A stretch of 64,000 nucleotides of DNA from Phyllosticta citribraziliensis (taxonomy: Eukaryota). The DNA lies in the NCBI RefSeq assembly GCF_038025025.1, contig NW_027117352.1, forward strand, positions 310,001 to 374,000, given 5' to 3'. Shown piece after piece: positions 1-13,021 of the stretch; the first letter of the stretch is position 1; each line of letters begins with the position of its first letter. The position numbers and the translations under genes were made by a program. The notes beneath the pieces were generated by a model that saw nothing but the letters and a program-made list of their open reading frames with translations, was not told the origin of the DNA and ran no database searches.

Positions 1-813
1 CTGCAAACACTGACTGACGTGCATTGTGGCTTGCTTGCATGCCTGCCTGCCTGCTTGCCATCATCCATGACTCGCGTGCTGAGGCCATTTTTTGAGTTTG
101 GTCGTCACGGTACCTGCCTGCGTATAAGGTGCTTAGTCGGCCAGTTGGAGGTGGGTGGGTGGTTGATCGTGGGCGTCTGACTCTCGTCCTGTTGTTTCTT
201 TTATGCTTGGTCGATACCTTTTTTTTTTTTTTTTTCTTTTTTTCTTTTTTGCGTGTGTGTGTTTGTACAAGTTGGATGATGTACTGTAGGTGATTTGTAG
301 AGCCAAGGGGGTTATGTAGGCAGTAGATCCCTGTGTGGCACCTATCCACTCACCTACCTAACTACCACCTAGTTACGCACATGAGTAGATCGATCAGATT
401 AGCTACTCCTGTTCACGGCTGATGGTCCGGAGATGGGCGACGACGTAGCGAAGTGGTCATGACGATGGCCAACAAAGCAACACACCACGACAGCTAGATG
501 GGAGAGAGGGACATGGAGCTGGAGAGAGAAACCGAAGCCCATCCATTCATCCATTTCGTCTTTCCTCGACCTGTCTGTCTGTCTGTCTGTCTGTCTTTCT
601 CGATATGCGTCTCTTTTGTCTCGCGTCTGTTCGTCTGTTTTTCGTCTCTTGCAGGCTATGCTGGCTACATGCACCTATGCAACGCACGCTCCATCCACCA
701 CTTCCCGGCGGCCCATCGAGTGAGTGGCACGGGGTGTTTTTGTCGTTGTTGTTGAGTGTTTGCTCGCTCGACGCACTCACGCTACCCCCTCTCCCCTCCA
801 CCACACCCCGCAC

Positions 814-1687
814 TCATTTCTTGCCCTTCTTCTTGTTCGCCAACTTGTTCTTCTGCAGCATACGCTGCCTCTCATCGCGCGCAATCTGATCCGCCTTGGC
901 CTTCTCATGCTCCGCACGCTCCTCGGCCTCGGCCTTCTTGCGCGCCGCCTCCTGCTCGCGCCGCTCGCGCACCAGCGCCAGCCTCTCCAGATCCGCGCGC
1001 GCCTGGTCCGTCTTGCCCTCGGCGTGCAGCTTCTGGTAACGCTCCTTCGCCTGCTGTGCCTGCAGCGCCTCGCGCTCGCGCCGCGACAGCTGGCTCATGG
1101 GCGTCTTGCTGCTGCTGCTGCTGGGCTTGGGCTTGGGCGCGGCTGCTGCCGTCGTGGCTTCTTCTTTGGTCTTGGGCGCCGCCGCTTGCTTCTGCGCTTT
1201 CGCCGTGTGGTTCGGGTTGGCCGGCATGTCGGCGTCGTCCTCGCTGGACTCGTCTTCTTCGTCCGAGGACGGTGGCAGGTCGCCCGGCTCCGCGGCGCGC
1301 TGCGCTGCCTTGGCCTTGGCCGCCTCCTTGCGCGCCTTTGCTGCCGCGCGCCGCTCCTCGCGCGTCATCTCAGAGGCCTGCTGCTTGGGCCCGTCGTCGT
1401 CGGACGACTCGTCCGACTCGCTGTCGTCGTCTTCCTCGGACGAGCTGTCGTTGTCTTGCGCCTTGTCGCGCGGCTCGCCCCACATGCCCTCGACTTCGCC
1501 GTTGGGGCCGAGTGGCTGCAGGTTGCGGCTGAAGTGCTTGCCGCCTGTGTGGAGAGGGGTCCTGTTAGTTTGCTGTGCTGTGGACTGCGCGGGATGGGTA
1601 GGATGGTGGGTGAGGGGAGGTGAGGCGAGGGCACTTACCGCCCCGCTTGGGCTTCATGAATTTGCCGCCGCGGCCTCTGCTAGACAT
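814..1687 (-). CDS. PDGFA-associated / 28 kDa heat- and acid-stable phosphoprotein (PDAP1/PP28 family)
   Basis: Exon 1 [16 protein letters not shown], intron 1545-1638 (GTAAGT..CTAAC..CAG), exon 2 GGKHFSRNL...[45 protein letters not shown], which is the PP28 signature. Confidence 0.9.
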
Positions 1688-2433
1688 GTTTGCGGTTGTG
1701 TGGGTGAGAGCGTGTGTGTGGTGTAGAAGGCAGACGTCGTCAGGTTGCCGCCGTAAAGAGGATGGCGGGGTGGGTTGGTGGTGGTGGTGGTTGTGCGAGA
1801 ATGCCGTAAAACTGCGAGGGTCGCCTTTCAACAGTCGTTGTCGAGTACAAGGGCGAGAAAGCGAGGAGGAGAAAATAGGGCGCTCAAGGCGTAGGCTCGG
1901 TCAAAAGTGCGATGCGTTGAAACCTCAAGCCGGGAGACGTGTGGATGGGCAGCCGGGCAGAATACTGACAACAGCAAGAGTGCGAGGTTTGTGGTGACTA
2001 CACACCACCGCCGCTACAAAGTGCGCGCAACAAAAGGCCTTGCATTCGTTGGTGCTCGGGCAGCCAGCCAGCCCGCCAGGCCGTCTGCCAGCCAGCAAGC
2101 CAGCGCTCAGGCTTTTGTCAGTGGCGCCGCTTGGCCCTCGCACCACAAACGGACTAGCACCAGGGCTCAATGGGCGGGGAGCAGCACAACAAAATCTCTT
2201 CCGCGCGCCTCTGTCGACCGTTTCTTCTTCACATAAAACCGCCCCCTTCATATTCACTCCAAGACACCAACTCCCCGTGTGTCATTGGAGGGGAAAGTGG
2301 AGGGCAGATTGAGCGCTCGCCAGCTTACCCCTGGACCTGATTTTTACGACTGATGGTTTTGGAAATTTGAATGGCGAGACATCTTATTTTTTTTTTTTGC
2401 AAACAGTGTGTTGAGAAGCCAGAATACCATTGT

Positions 2434-3299
2434 TCAAGCTCCTACGCTGCTGCTCGCACCACCCTCGAGCACTGCAGGCAGCTCGTCCAGGCTCCGCAGC
2501 ACGACAGTCGGCGCCCACGTCTTCTCCTCGCCACACAACCGGTCCTGCCACCCGCCGCCCTGCCTATCCACCCACGCAGCCCGCATCCCCGCCGCCCTCG
2601 CGCCGACAACGTCGAACGGGTTGCCGCTCACCACCCACATGTCGCGCGCCTCGTCTGCGCTCTTGCCGACGCGCGCCGCCAGGTAGTCGTAGACGGCAGG
2701 ATGCGGCTTGTAGCGCCGCACAGGGTCGACGACGACGATGTCGGCGAAGATGGAGGCCAGAGGCTCCAGCGAGGGCGACCGCTGCACGCTGCTGGACACC
2801 ATGTCGAGCGTGCCGTTGGAAAAGACGACGGGGGCTATGGTTGGTTTGGAGGCGAGAGCGCGCAGGCAGCGTGGCACGTCGGCGAAGACGGAGAGCGCGT
2901 CGTAGGCGTCTAGCAGCGCATCGACGGCCTCGTCGCTGAGGGACTCGCGTGCCTCAGATAGCGCGTGGTGTAGTGCGTTTCTCGTCACGCTGGAGAAGGG
3001 CTCATATTGGTCTGTAGACGTGCGTAGCGTTAGTCGGGCTGTAGGATAGCTGCTGCTGCTTGCCTGTGGGCTGGAATGATGGCAGCAGCATGCACGGTCG
3101 AAGGGCATGTCTGTCTCCAGGTACTCATGCTGTTCAATCGCCATGTGTACTCCAACTGGTACTTCCGCCACGTCGCGGCTATCGTTTGCGCCTTGGCCTG
3201 GCCGAAGTGCGTGGCGAGCTTGTCTGCTATCGACTCGGTGGACAGGAGCGTGCCGTACGCGTCAAAGGCGACTACAATGTTGTCCTGCGAGGTCGGCAT
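2434..3299 (-). CDS. Haloacid dehalogenase type II (HAD superfamily), 2 exons
   Basis: Motif I VAFDAYGTLL, then WRKYQLEYTWR, SNG, YKPHPAVY and VSGNPFDVVGA. An intron at about 3012-3124 joins ORFs 3030..3356 and 2434..3171. Confidence 0.92.
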
Positions 3300-4250
3300 C
3301 TGGAAAGCAATGGCACAAAGAGAATGGAGAGTGAGTCTGTTGCGTGCTGCCACCAATCTCTCTGAGCTGCGTGCCGAAGTGCGGACCGGGGGGAGCTCTC
3401 ACGCCCACCCGCGATCAATGACATCACACGCACCGATCCGCCGCCAACATCGACTCTGGGCTTTCCCCTTGTCCGCAAGCAGTCCTTCGACAAGGATACC
3501 TCCTACTTCTTTCGCAAGCTTGGAGCGAAAGGAAAAGGTCGTCTGCAAGGCACAGCAACCTTTTTCGATTCATGGGTAGCTTTTGAGAGTGACCGGGGTG
3601 ACCATTGAGCACTTCCCCCGGAACCAACCCTCTTTCACATGGACAAGATTTTGTGCTGCAGCGAAGCACCTTGATGGGCGGATGATAGATAGCACTTCCG
3701 CGCAATGCTCTTGGGATCGTAATCGCTTTGCGGTCCGCGTTACCGTTTGTGTCCACAGACTGCTGGTCGGTTTGCCCCTATCTCCATGCTGCACTCTGCT
3801 GACTCGTGAAAGATGTCTTGGGCCTGAGCGAAAGAGGGAAGGATTGCGGCAGATAGATGACCCCTGGACAACGCGCGGTGTGGCGCAAAGGGGATCGGGA
3901 CCAGTTGCAAGCGACGTGTGGGGAGGAAGGGCTCCAGTGTTTGAGCCGGGGCGACGGAGGAGGACGACGACAATAATCCGACATGTGCAGTCAAGGACAA
4001 GAAATGTTTGTTTTGGCAAGCTGGGAAGCAAGGAGAGTCTAGCGGGCATTCGGCATGACGAATCGATAGACTTGTAGTAGCAAGGTGAATTCTTTGTCAT
4101 GGACCATTATTTGCTCGTCCGACGGGAGCTTTTGGGTACACAATGAAGACAAAAGTCAATTGACAAGGCTCTGGCGGTGATTGAATGTCTCAGACGGCCA
4201 GAGCCGATGGTCGAGCAAAGTGTGATGAGAGACCAAGGTATCGATGCGGG

Positions 4251-4705
4251 CTAGTAATCCTCGAGCTTGTAGACCTCGTAAGCCGGCTCCTCGTAAGGGT
4301 GGGCTCTACGGGACGACGACAATGGGTCAGCAGCATGTGCTTGGTTGTCGGCCGTTGCATCCAAGGCGCCAGGAACCAAGGGCCAGCTTGAATCGATAAT
4401 GTAGTAGTGCAAGCCACTTACTTCTTCAGGGCGGCGACGGCGTCGCGCACCACGTCGCGGCCCACGCACAGTGTCTCAAACCTGTGCTCGTCGACCTCCT
4501 CGAGCTCCCCCACTTTGCCGATGTTGGGGCTGGCCGCGTCGCCGGGCCGGAACTGGCCTTTGCCCAGGGTCGTGAATCCGCATTCTGTGTAGGCACCGGG
4601 GCCTGGGTAGCGGCCGGCGCCGGCGGCGAAGATGGCCTGCTTGATGGTGGGCATGGCGGCGACGGGAGCGAAAAAGACCAGCTTGAAGCGCTGAGGGAGC
4701 GACAT
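4251..4705 (-). CDS. YqfO / NIF3 middle-domain-like small protein
   Basis: KLVFFAP...IFAAGAG...YTECGF...G.GQFRPG..A.PNIG..G.LE.V.E, intron at about 4304-4421, then the family C-terminal motif AHPYEEPAYEVY. Confidence 0.88.
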
Positions 4706-4981
4706 GGTTAGGCTTAGGGTTTCTGACTGTGATGAGCTCCCTGAGTGGACGTCGGCGGGCTTCAGCGTTGGGGCGAGTCTAGAGCAGGGCCGGATCTGCC
4801 CGTTGCAAGGCGGCGATGCGAGTGAGTGGTGTGGCGTAGGCGATGAGTAAATCCGGTTTGCGTGAGGCCGGGAAATGGCGAAAGCGGGTGGGTGGCAGAT
4901 CGAAGATTCGATTGGCATGAGGCCAAGGAGGCAAGAGAGGTGAGGTGGGCAAGCCACAGAATGGCGGGAGCTCCAGCCAAT

Positions 4982-5212
4982 TGACGTCAGTCGCGCCACA
5001 GCAGCCCCGCGGTGACGTGGGTTCCTGAGGGCGCGGGGTAAGGTAAGCCAAGGAAGGCAGCGCAATTGCGTTCTGGGCCACGACAATGACGATGCTCTTT
5101 CGTAACGTGCGCTTGCCTTCCTTGTTCGACGATGCAAACAGCCCAGCACTCCATCAACTCAATCCAGGGCAGTCCAGTCACCACCGCGCCTGCCCGCTGA
5201 CCGGTGACGTCG
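4982..5212. promoter_or_regulatory. CRE-like (ATF/CREB bZIP) sites in the divergent YqfO-like/HSP12 promoter
   Basis: Perfect TGACGTCA at 4982-4989 and TGACGT cores at 5013-5018 and 5205-5210. A TATA-like TACATAA lies near 5232. Confidence 0.5.
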
Positions 5213-5361
5213 CCTTGTCCTCCACGACCACTACATAAGAAGCCTCTCTTCTCGCCCAAACCGTCTTCTCTCCATCACCACTCATCCACTCTCACACTCT
5301 CAACCAAACTTCAAACACACACTCAGACCTTTTCAACAACCAACCACCAACTACAATCATC

Positions 5362-5739
5362 ATGTCTGACGCCGGCCGCAAGGATTTCTCTACCAGTACG
5401 TCTCCTGCACCTCGTGCCGCCCTGACACACTGCTAACGCACCCCACAGAGGCGGAGGAGAAGATCACTCCCGACTCCACCAAGTCCACCCAGCAGAAGGT
5501 CAAGGAGTCCGTCACCGACACTGGCGACAAGCTCGCTCGGTAAGCTCCTCCACTTCACTTTTGGCTGTTTCAACTTCTAACATTTCCGCAGTGGTTTCCA
5601 GCCCGACAGCAACAAGTCCACCGGCCAGGAGGCTACCGACAAGCTCGGCCGCTCCAAGGACGAGCACGTCCACGGCGGTGCCAGCGAGTCGATTGTCGAC
5701 AAGGCCAAGAACGCCGTCGGCCTCGGTGACAAGCACTAA
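5362..5739 (+). CDS. HSP12: Heat shock protein 9/12 family, 3 exons (not in the ORF track)
   Basis: Spliced translation is MSDAGRKDFSTKAEEKITPDSTKSTQQKVKESVTDTGDKLARGFQPDSNKSTGQEATDKLGRSKDEHVHGGASESIVDKAKNAVGLGDKH. Introns GTACGT..CTAAC..CAG and GTAAGC..CTAAC..CAG. Confidence 0.93.
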
Positions 5740-6890
5740 GCGCTCTGTCCAACCCTTACGATGACGATGTTACGAGACTGAGCGGGGGGGCTCGATGGAA
5801 CCGTGGAGGGTAGTAGTCCTATGATACCACCATTACGATCATAATTGAATCGGATTCCTGATTGAACATTCTGCACCGTCTGCCGTGATCTCGTATTGTA
5901 TGACACATGTGCCAACCTCGTGCCTACCACCTTGAAAGTGAAGTTTAGCCAGCCTGTCGGAGCTGGGCTGCAGGCACATTAGCTTTGAACTGCATGCGCG
6001 ATTGGAGTGGGCTGTCGCACGCGTGGCACCAATGGCATTGGGCTAGGATGGCAATGCATGAATTGGACGACCAAAATGCACCATTCGCGGACAGTTGGTG
6101 GACGCGCAGTAAACGGTGGGTAAGCGCTGGGGCGAGCGTCTCCATGGCTTCGGATTGGCTGACGGGCGGACCCTGGCCCGTTGCCGGGGCTCCACCGTGT
6201 TTACAAAATGGCCCGTGCACCCGCGCATCCCAGCGACGGGGACGGGGAGGAGGAGGCTGGTCCTGGTGCTGGTGGCTGGGGATCCTCCACCACCGCATTT
6301 CCAGCGCACCACCAAGTCAAGTCTTCAGCCTTTTGGATTTTGGCCTCCCTCACAGATCCCCCCCTCTCTCTCCACTTTGCATCGTCTTGACCAAAAATTC
6401 CTGTCCTCTTTCTTCGCAGCGTGCTGCACCACCACCACCACTCTACTCCGCATCGTCGACCCTAAAAAGATCGACCACACCAAAAAAAAAGCGAACGAGT
6501 CAGTGGGTTGCTACCTTCGACCCACATCCAAACTACCTTCCCAAACCCCCAGGCCCCATTCCAATTGTCTAATTTGAGACATTGGAAGCTCCCGTCGACT
6601 GGAGCCAAGGGCCCACGGCCATTCCGATACACCACCATTTCGACCGTTACCGCTCGCATTGGTCTTCCCCAGAATTCCACAGCGCTGCTGCCACGAGGCA
6701 GGCCCACGACCCGCAGAGCACACACACTTTGGCCTGGCACTTCGCTCCAGCACTCGAGCTTTCCCGGCCCTTCGGGAGCCGCTGGAAGAAGCAGCAGAAG
6801 ACAAGTTTCGCGTGCGTGGCTGGACGGGCGTCTGTCGGTGTCGTCATCGTTGTTGCTTGGCTCGTTGAGCACAAACGGACGCTTTAGTTT

Positions 6891-7918
6891 ATGGCACCGC
6901 AATTTGCCGTCACCATGCAGAGTAAGTCTTCTGCCGACGGCGTGTTGAGAGGCGCGGGCAGCGAGAAGCGATGAACTGACGTGTGTGCCTCACAGAATTT
7001 CTCCCCTTCTTGGGGTACCACCATATTCTTATGATATTGATAGCCATAGCAATCATCCTCCTCTGTAAGGCCGCCCTACATTCCTCGCCCAAGTTGCCGG
7101 CCGTGCTAACACTACCCTCTCCAGCGCTCCTACTCGCCGGCTGCTCAAGCACATCACCGCTGATCCCCGGCATCTTCCTCATCTCCATGTACTACAAGTC
7201 GTACACGCCGACCTACGACCCAGCACAAGTAGACCCAGGCGTGACAGCCGCCATCGCCAACATCGTCGGGCACGCCGTGCTCGAGGTGCGCGTCGGCTAC
7301 TTCGGCATCTGCGTCAACCCCAACGGCGGCGACTTTCTCTGCTCGAATAACGCGACAGCGCTCGCCGAGCAGGTCAACGTCGACCAGGACCCGCTCAACT
7401 TGATCTGGGTCGCCCAGACGTTCAAGGATAGCATCGTTTTTCCATACTTACTGTAAGTAAGCGCTGCTGCCCCCTTCTCCCTCTTCCCCCTTGCTTGCCC
7501 CTGCCAAGACCCCCTTCAACCATTCACTGACACGTCCCGCCCCAGCATCGTCGCCATCATCCTCGCCTTCGTCACCTTCATCCTGCTCGCCACCTTCCCG
7601 GGGTGGCACGAAGAGCGCGACGCCGAAACGGGGTCCGACGTCGACGTGAAGCCCTTCCCGTCACGGCCCGTCTCACAAATCGCGCTCGCCCTCATCTTCA
7701 TCGCGTCCATCTTCGTGCTGGTCAGCGTGCTGTGGCAGCACACGGCGTCAGTGGCGGCCGCCACCATCGCGCAGGACCTGGGCAATGGCAGCGTCAAGAG
7801 CGGCGTCGGCACCAGCGCCATGGTGCTCGGCTGGTTTGCGTTTGCGCTGCTGATTATTGTGACGATTGGGTTGCTGATTATGATTTTGAGTATTATTGTG
7901 CTGGATAAGCTTATGTAA
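6891..7918 (+). CDS. FIG1: Fig1-family Ca2+ regulator / membrane fusion protein (claudin-like), 4 exons
   Basis: FLPFLGYHHILMIL..LLAGCSS, the EVRVGYFGIC..C motif, DPLNLIWVA, KPFPSRPV and LWQHTASVAA, with four hydrophobic segments. Three canonical introns start near 6922, 7065 and 7453. Confidence 0.88.
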
Positions 7919-9419
7919 AGAGTGTCGAGTGGGTGGGGAGTGGAGGTGGTGATGAGGAGGAGGCGTAGATAGATGGCTTGGGCTTGGGCTTGGATTGCCA
8001 TGGATGGGGCTAGTCTTTTACTTCTTTTCTTTTCCTGCTCTTCTTCTTCTTCTCGGCAAATCATCACGGCATCAAGTGGGTAGGGTAGATCTGAGCGAGC
8101 GCCGCTGCTCACTCACACTGCATTTTCTCTTTTCTTTTTCCCCTTTTCATCTCTCACCTCTCCCTTTTCCTATCCGCCTTTTCTCCTTTCTTGCTTTCTT
8201 ACCTCTTTGACTGCCGCGTTCGTCCCATTTGTTTATTTTTCTTCCTTCTCTTCCCTGTTTCTAATTCGTTTGAGCGAGCGAGCTTACTTGCCTTTACGCG
8301 ACGCGCGCGCGATGGATGGAGGTCAGTCAAAGAAGGGGGGCGGGGAGTTTGCTTTTGCATTTGACTGACGGGATGGGAGTGGGATTGTTGGATGGATGCA
8401 TTGGATGCATTGGTTGGTCGGTTGGTTGGTTGGTTGGTTGGCTGTGCATGGGTGGGTTGGACTGGAGGACTGGATTGAACTGTGCAGGAAGAAGGAGAAA
8501 GGAGAAGAGGAGGGCAGAGCATGTGCTATTTCAGATTTGGGATCTGGATCTGGATTGCAAACAAGGAAGAGAGGGAACAGAAGCAGGAGAAGGACTCGCA
8601 GCGCAGGTTGCGAGGATGGGATGAAGACGCCTACGTACGTGCGTGCGAGCGTGGCAAGCAAGCAAGGAAGACAAGAAAGGGTGAAATAAGGAGAGAAAGG
8701 AAGGAAGAAAGACGAGGGCCGACCATCGGTCAGTTGGTTGGTCGTGTTGATGTTATGATACCTCCTCCGCCTACCCCTTTTTGACTTCTACCTACCTACC
8801 TACCGACCGACCTGCGATTCTTTTATGGAGGCGAGGGTGGGTTGGTTGGGCCTGCGTGGCCCGCTCCGTATAGATATATATACATATACATTTACATATA
8901 TAAGGCATTTTGGCATTATAGGGGTTTTGTGCGGGTGCGTTGATTGGTATAGATATCTACTACTGATTTTGAGATACATACTAGTCTTTAAGGTGGGTGG
9001 GTAGGCTATTCAGTGTCCACCATCCATCCATCCGTCCACGACTCACATGCCGTTCGTCCATGAAGGTTCGCACGTGTCCAGGGCGGCGCTTCGTCGCCAT
9101 GGTTGAAGAAAGGCCACCAGACTCCCGTTGCAGTCAGTACTAGACAGAAGAAGAGAGGCTGTCTCAGTCGTTTCTGCGTGCATCCATCCATCTCGTAACG
9201 CAGCGCCTTTGAGTTCTGCCCACTGTCCAATGATGTTGTTTTTCTCGTGCCTCAACATCTCTGTGCGTTGTATTGCGCTTCTTTGAAGCCCGTTAGATCA
9301 CTCGACGGAGCATATAAAGCCTGCTTCTTCCCATCTCAATCTGGTCGTGCCGTGCCATCCAGTCATCCACCCCAAAAGGACGTCTTTTGCTACACACAGC
9401 TAGACGAGACGACAGGCGG

Positions 9420-9596
<177 letters not shown>

Positions 9597-9635
9597 CTAC
9601 TCTCCTACTACTACTCTACTACTACTACAATAGTC

Positions 9636-10538
9636 ATGGCGCCCCAGCAGCTATCTCGCTACTACTACCCCAAGTCCACCGCCAAATCAAACGCCATGTC
9701 TGACGCCAACGACGGCACTGCCGCGCCGTCACCAAATCCGACGCAGCATTCGGCGACTCGCCCGCCGCGCCCGTCTCGTTGGCGCCCTCTCACTCCGGCT
9801 GTTGCTACTGCTGCTGCTGCTGCTGTAGCCGCTGCTGCTGGCAAAGAAGACGACGAAGATGAGAGCCACGACCAGGACCAGGACCAGTCGCCGCGCACCA
9901 AGAGGAAGAGGAGTGGGAGCGCTTCTGCTTCTGCGTCCCCATTCCCAGCATCATCAACAGAGCCATCCCCAAAAACATCAACAGACCTACCAACAGCACC
10001 ATCAACTCCATCAGAAGAACACGACCACATCGACCCCCCCAAACTGCCCAAAGGCGCACTGCAGCGCGGCGGCATCCGCAGACGCCGCGTCTCGCCCACC
10101 TCTTCTGCGTCGATTGCGTCGACGACTTCCTCGCAGCTGGAGTTGCTGTTGTTGACGAGGACGTCGCCGCATCCGCCGCCTTGCCGCTCTGTGTACAAGG
10201 AGCTGTACAAGGAGAAAACTAACAGCGTGGACGACGGTAGCGAAAAGTGTGGCGGTGAGAGCGCTGGTGGTGTTGCAGCAGCAGAACCACAACCGCAATC
10301 ACAAGCACAAGCAGAACCGGAGTCCGGCGTCCGACACGGTCGCCGCAGAGCATACGCCCTTCGCGGGGGGAGCACGCGGCCACCGCTGCCGCGCTCGCCG
10401 CTCTCGCCGCCGCCGGACAAACCGCTGCCGCCGCTGCCTCCTGAGCCGGAGCGCGATCCGGATGGCTGTCTGGTCAGGAAATTTTGTGGTGGATGTGGTG
10501 GTGGTGGTGGTGGTGGTGGTGGAGCTGCGGGAACGTAG
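9636..10538 (+). CDS. Hypothetical 300-aa low-complexity Pro/Ser/Ala-rich protein
   Basis: Uninterrupted GC-rich ORF with an acidic patch, basic NLS-like segments (KRKR, RRRR) and a KPLPPLP SH3-ligand-like motif. No domain recognised. Confidence 0.5.
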   Translation: MAPQQLSRYYYPKSTAKSNAMSDANDGTAAPSPNPTQHSATRPPRPSRWRPLTPAVATAAAAAVAAAAGKEDDEDESHDQDQDQSPRTKRKRSGSASASASPFPASSTEPSPKTSTDLPTAPSTPSEEHDHIDPPKLPKGALQRGGIRRRRVSPTSSASIASTTSSQLELLLLTRTSPHPPPCRSVYKELYKEKTNSVDDGSEKCGGESAGGVAAAEPQPQSQAQAEPESGVRHGRRRAYALRGGSTRPPLPRSPLSPPPDKPLPPLPPEPERDPDGCLVRKFCGGCGGGGGGGGGAAGT

Positions 10539-10996
10539 GAACGCGGCGGACGGAGACCGAGTTCGTGAAAGGCAGGCCACGTCTGGGTTGGTTAGTTGCG
10601 AGGAAGTGTGGGGGAGGGAGGGGCAGGGCGGGAGGGTGGCGCACCACAAGGGGCGCGCGCTGTTCCTGAGCCGCTTTAATGGGCGAGTAGGGAGGTTTCC
10701 TGTTTGGGTTGGCTTGTGATGGCGGTTGTCGAACGTGTACCGGTCGTTCTAATTTGAAGTCTTTGGATGTGGTTGTGAAGCATGGCTCCTGATTGGACAC
10801 AAAAGTTGCGTGGTTGCATTCATTCATGGCACACGTGAACCTTGGCTCAAGATCAGTTCTCCTTTTTTTGCCTTCCCTTGGGCTACATCCGTCGTGGATG
10901 CAAGCAACGTGTTGTTGAGTCGGCCCCCGACCTTATACATAGAGATGGAGAGGAGCGCTTGGAAGACAGCAGAGCCGGGAGCTTTTGGCGCACACA

Positions 10997-11813
10997 ATGA
11001 GCTCGGGGGAGTTCTTTTCGTAAGCCCCCACCCATTGCGCTTCGTATGTCGAGCAACATGTCTAACACTCACACGCAGGGCCCTGGGGTCGCGGCCGATC
11101 CGAATGGAGATCGGTCTCGCACCAAAGGAGGTCTTCTTCATCCACGAAGCGCTGCTCTGCGCCGAGTCGCCCAAATACCGCGCCATGCTCGGCGGCGCCG
11201 GCAACTGGCGCGAAAAGCGCGAAGACCGGATCGCCATCACGGAGGAGGACCCGCTGCTCTTCCGCTCGTTCGCCAACTACCTCTACCGCGACAAGTGGAC
11301 CAAGTCATACAACGACCCGGACTCGGACATTGTGCACCTTACGCGTTTGTACTGCCTGGCAGACCGCCTGATGGCGTGCACGTTCAAGCAAGCCGTGCTA
11401 CATGAATTTGCGCGCAAGCTCGAGGACGGCGGCGCGCAGCTCACCGTCGACGATGTGTGCGATGTCCTCGAGATCGCCTTCACCGAGCTCCCGGAGAGGC
11501 GCAACGAGGACGATCCGCTGCAGCACTACGCCGCGCAGCTCGGCGCCTTCCGGCTTCACGACCTGCAAAAACACCCGCGCTTCAACAACGAGCTGAGCAG
11601 AGACGTTCCCGAGATTGCGCGCAGGATTTGCCTCCGCATCGGCTCGCTCATGGTCGTCATGCCGTCGCAGCCGATACGTTATCGGTTTTTCAATCCGGTA
11701 TGTCATGACTTCCTCCCCTTTTTCTGGTGAGCGAGTGGAATAATGCGATGGGATGGCAGACGCCAGCGAAACCATATCCTCGCTTCCAGGACACTTCTTC
11801 AGGTAGTGACTAG
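10997..11813 (+). CDS. BTB/POZ domain protein (paralogue 1), 3 exons
   Basis: ATG in CACACAATG context; introns 11020-11078 and 11698-11759. BTB motifs F.IHEALLC.ESP.Y, W.E...RI...EEDP.LF..FANYLY and LTRLYCLADRL. Confidence 0.85.
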
Positions 11814-12221
11814 AAAACAGATGGCCGAGCAGGAGGAAGCGGCGTCGTTGCCAAACTTCTTTTGAGAACGATGGGGGCGACTACGTTGTGTGCAGTCCGG
11901 ATTTTTGAAAGTTTCGTCTTTGTTTGCTGCCACTGGTGGCTTCTACAGTGATTCAGTCAGTCTTGAGGGTCTGTTTGAGCACAATATGACTAGGATCAAA
12001 AGGAGAAGGGGTGTTTGGCGTATCTGCTACAAAGTCAGAACAAATATCTGGCTTGTTCTTCCGCGACCTAGAGTCGGAGAAAGAAAGATGTGTTTTCCAC
12101 TGGCAGGAAGGCGATTGCCAACTTAACTCAACATATTTCTTTGATGTGTTCCTGCATCTTCGCTATTCAGAGAAGTACCAACTTCTGACCTTTTTCCTCT
12201 TCGTACATACCACGCTCGACA

Positions 12222-13021
12222 ATGGCCACTCCAAAGCCGGAGGATATGTCAGAAGAAGTGCAGGCCGTAGCTGCAACAAATGCATTTGATCCTGAACAGA
12301 TGGATGAGCGCAGACTGTCAGAGTATGGAAGGACTCTTTGCGATTTGACCTGACGCTAATGTTCTTGACTTGATGCAGTCACCTTTCCACCCAGATCATT
12401 GAGATCGTGGTTGGCACCTCTCGGAGGAGGACCTTCTACATCCACGAGAGCCTCCTTTGTCACGCGTCGGAAAAGCTGAGCGTCCAGTTGCGTGGACCTT
12501 TCAAAGAGGCGCAAACAGGGAAGATCGCGGATTGCGAAGAAGATCCCAGCCTTTACGCGTTTTTCGCGGATTACCTGTATCACGACGGATGGCTCCGCGA
12601 CCCGTCAAAAATTGAGGATGATGTCGAGTGGGTTCTTTTGGCTCGTCTTTACGCCATGGGCGAAAGGTTGGGTGCAAAGGTGTTCCAGAATGCTTGCCTT
12701 TGGAGGTTCTGGCACAGCATTACACGGTATAGTGACATTGGAGATTCCGAGATTTGCCAACTTCTGGCAACCACCACGGAGCTGCCAGAGAGAAGCAACA
12801 AAGACGACGATCCTTTGCGCTCTCTTGTCTTGTGGTACACAGCATCGAGGATATCAAGTCTCCGGAACAGCCAAGAATTCAAGGACCTCATTTTCACCGA
12901 TCATCCGGAGCTTGGTAGCCAGATTCTCATGTGGGTGGCAGACAACAAAGAGAACCATGATCCAGTTTGCGTAACAAGACCCTCGGAAAGATTCATAGAC
13001 GAAGTAGAGTACATCTACTAG
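12222..13021 (+). CDS. BTB/POZ domain protein (paralogue 2), 2 exons
   Basis: Intron 12323-12378. Motifs FYIHESLLCHAS, FKEAQTGKI..EEDP..FADYLY and LARLYAMGERL. Confidence 0.88.

Noticed and set aside
724..1726. Several long + strand ORFs opposite the PDAP1-like gene, and similar antisense ORFs over UCH, POM152, importin and SPT7
   Set aside because: These are GC-rich antisense or alternate-frame artefacts. The opposite strand carries the recognisable family motifs.
10810..10996. Upstream extension of the BTB-1 ORF shown in the ORF track
   Set aside because: That frame reads through a clear 59-nt intron. The real first exon starts at ATG 10997 in another frame.
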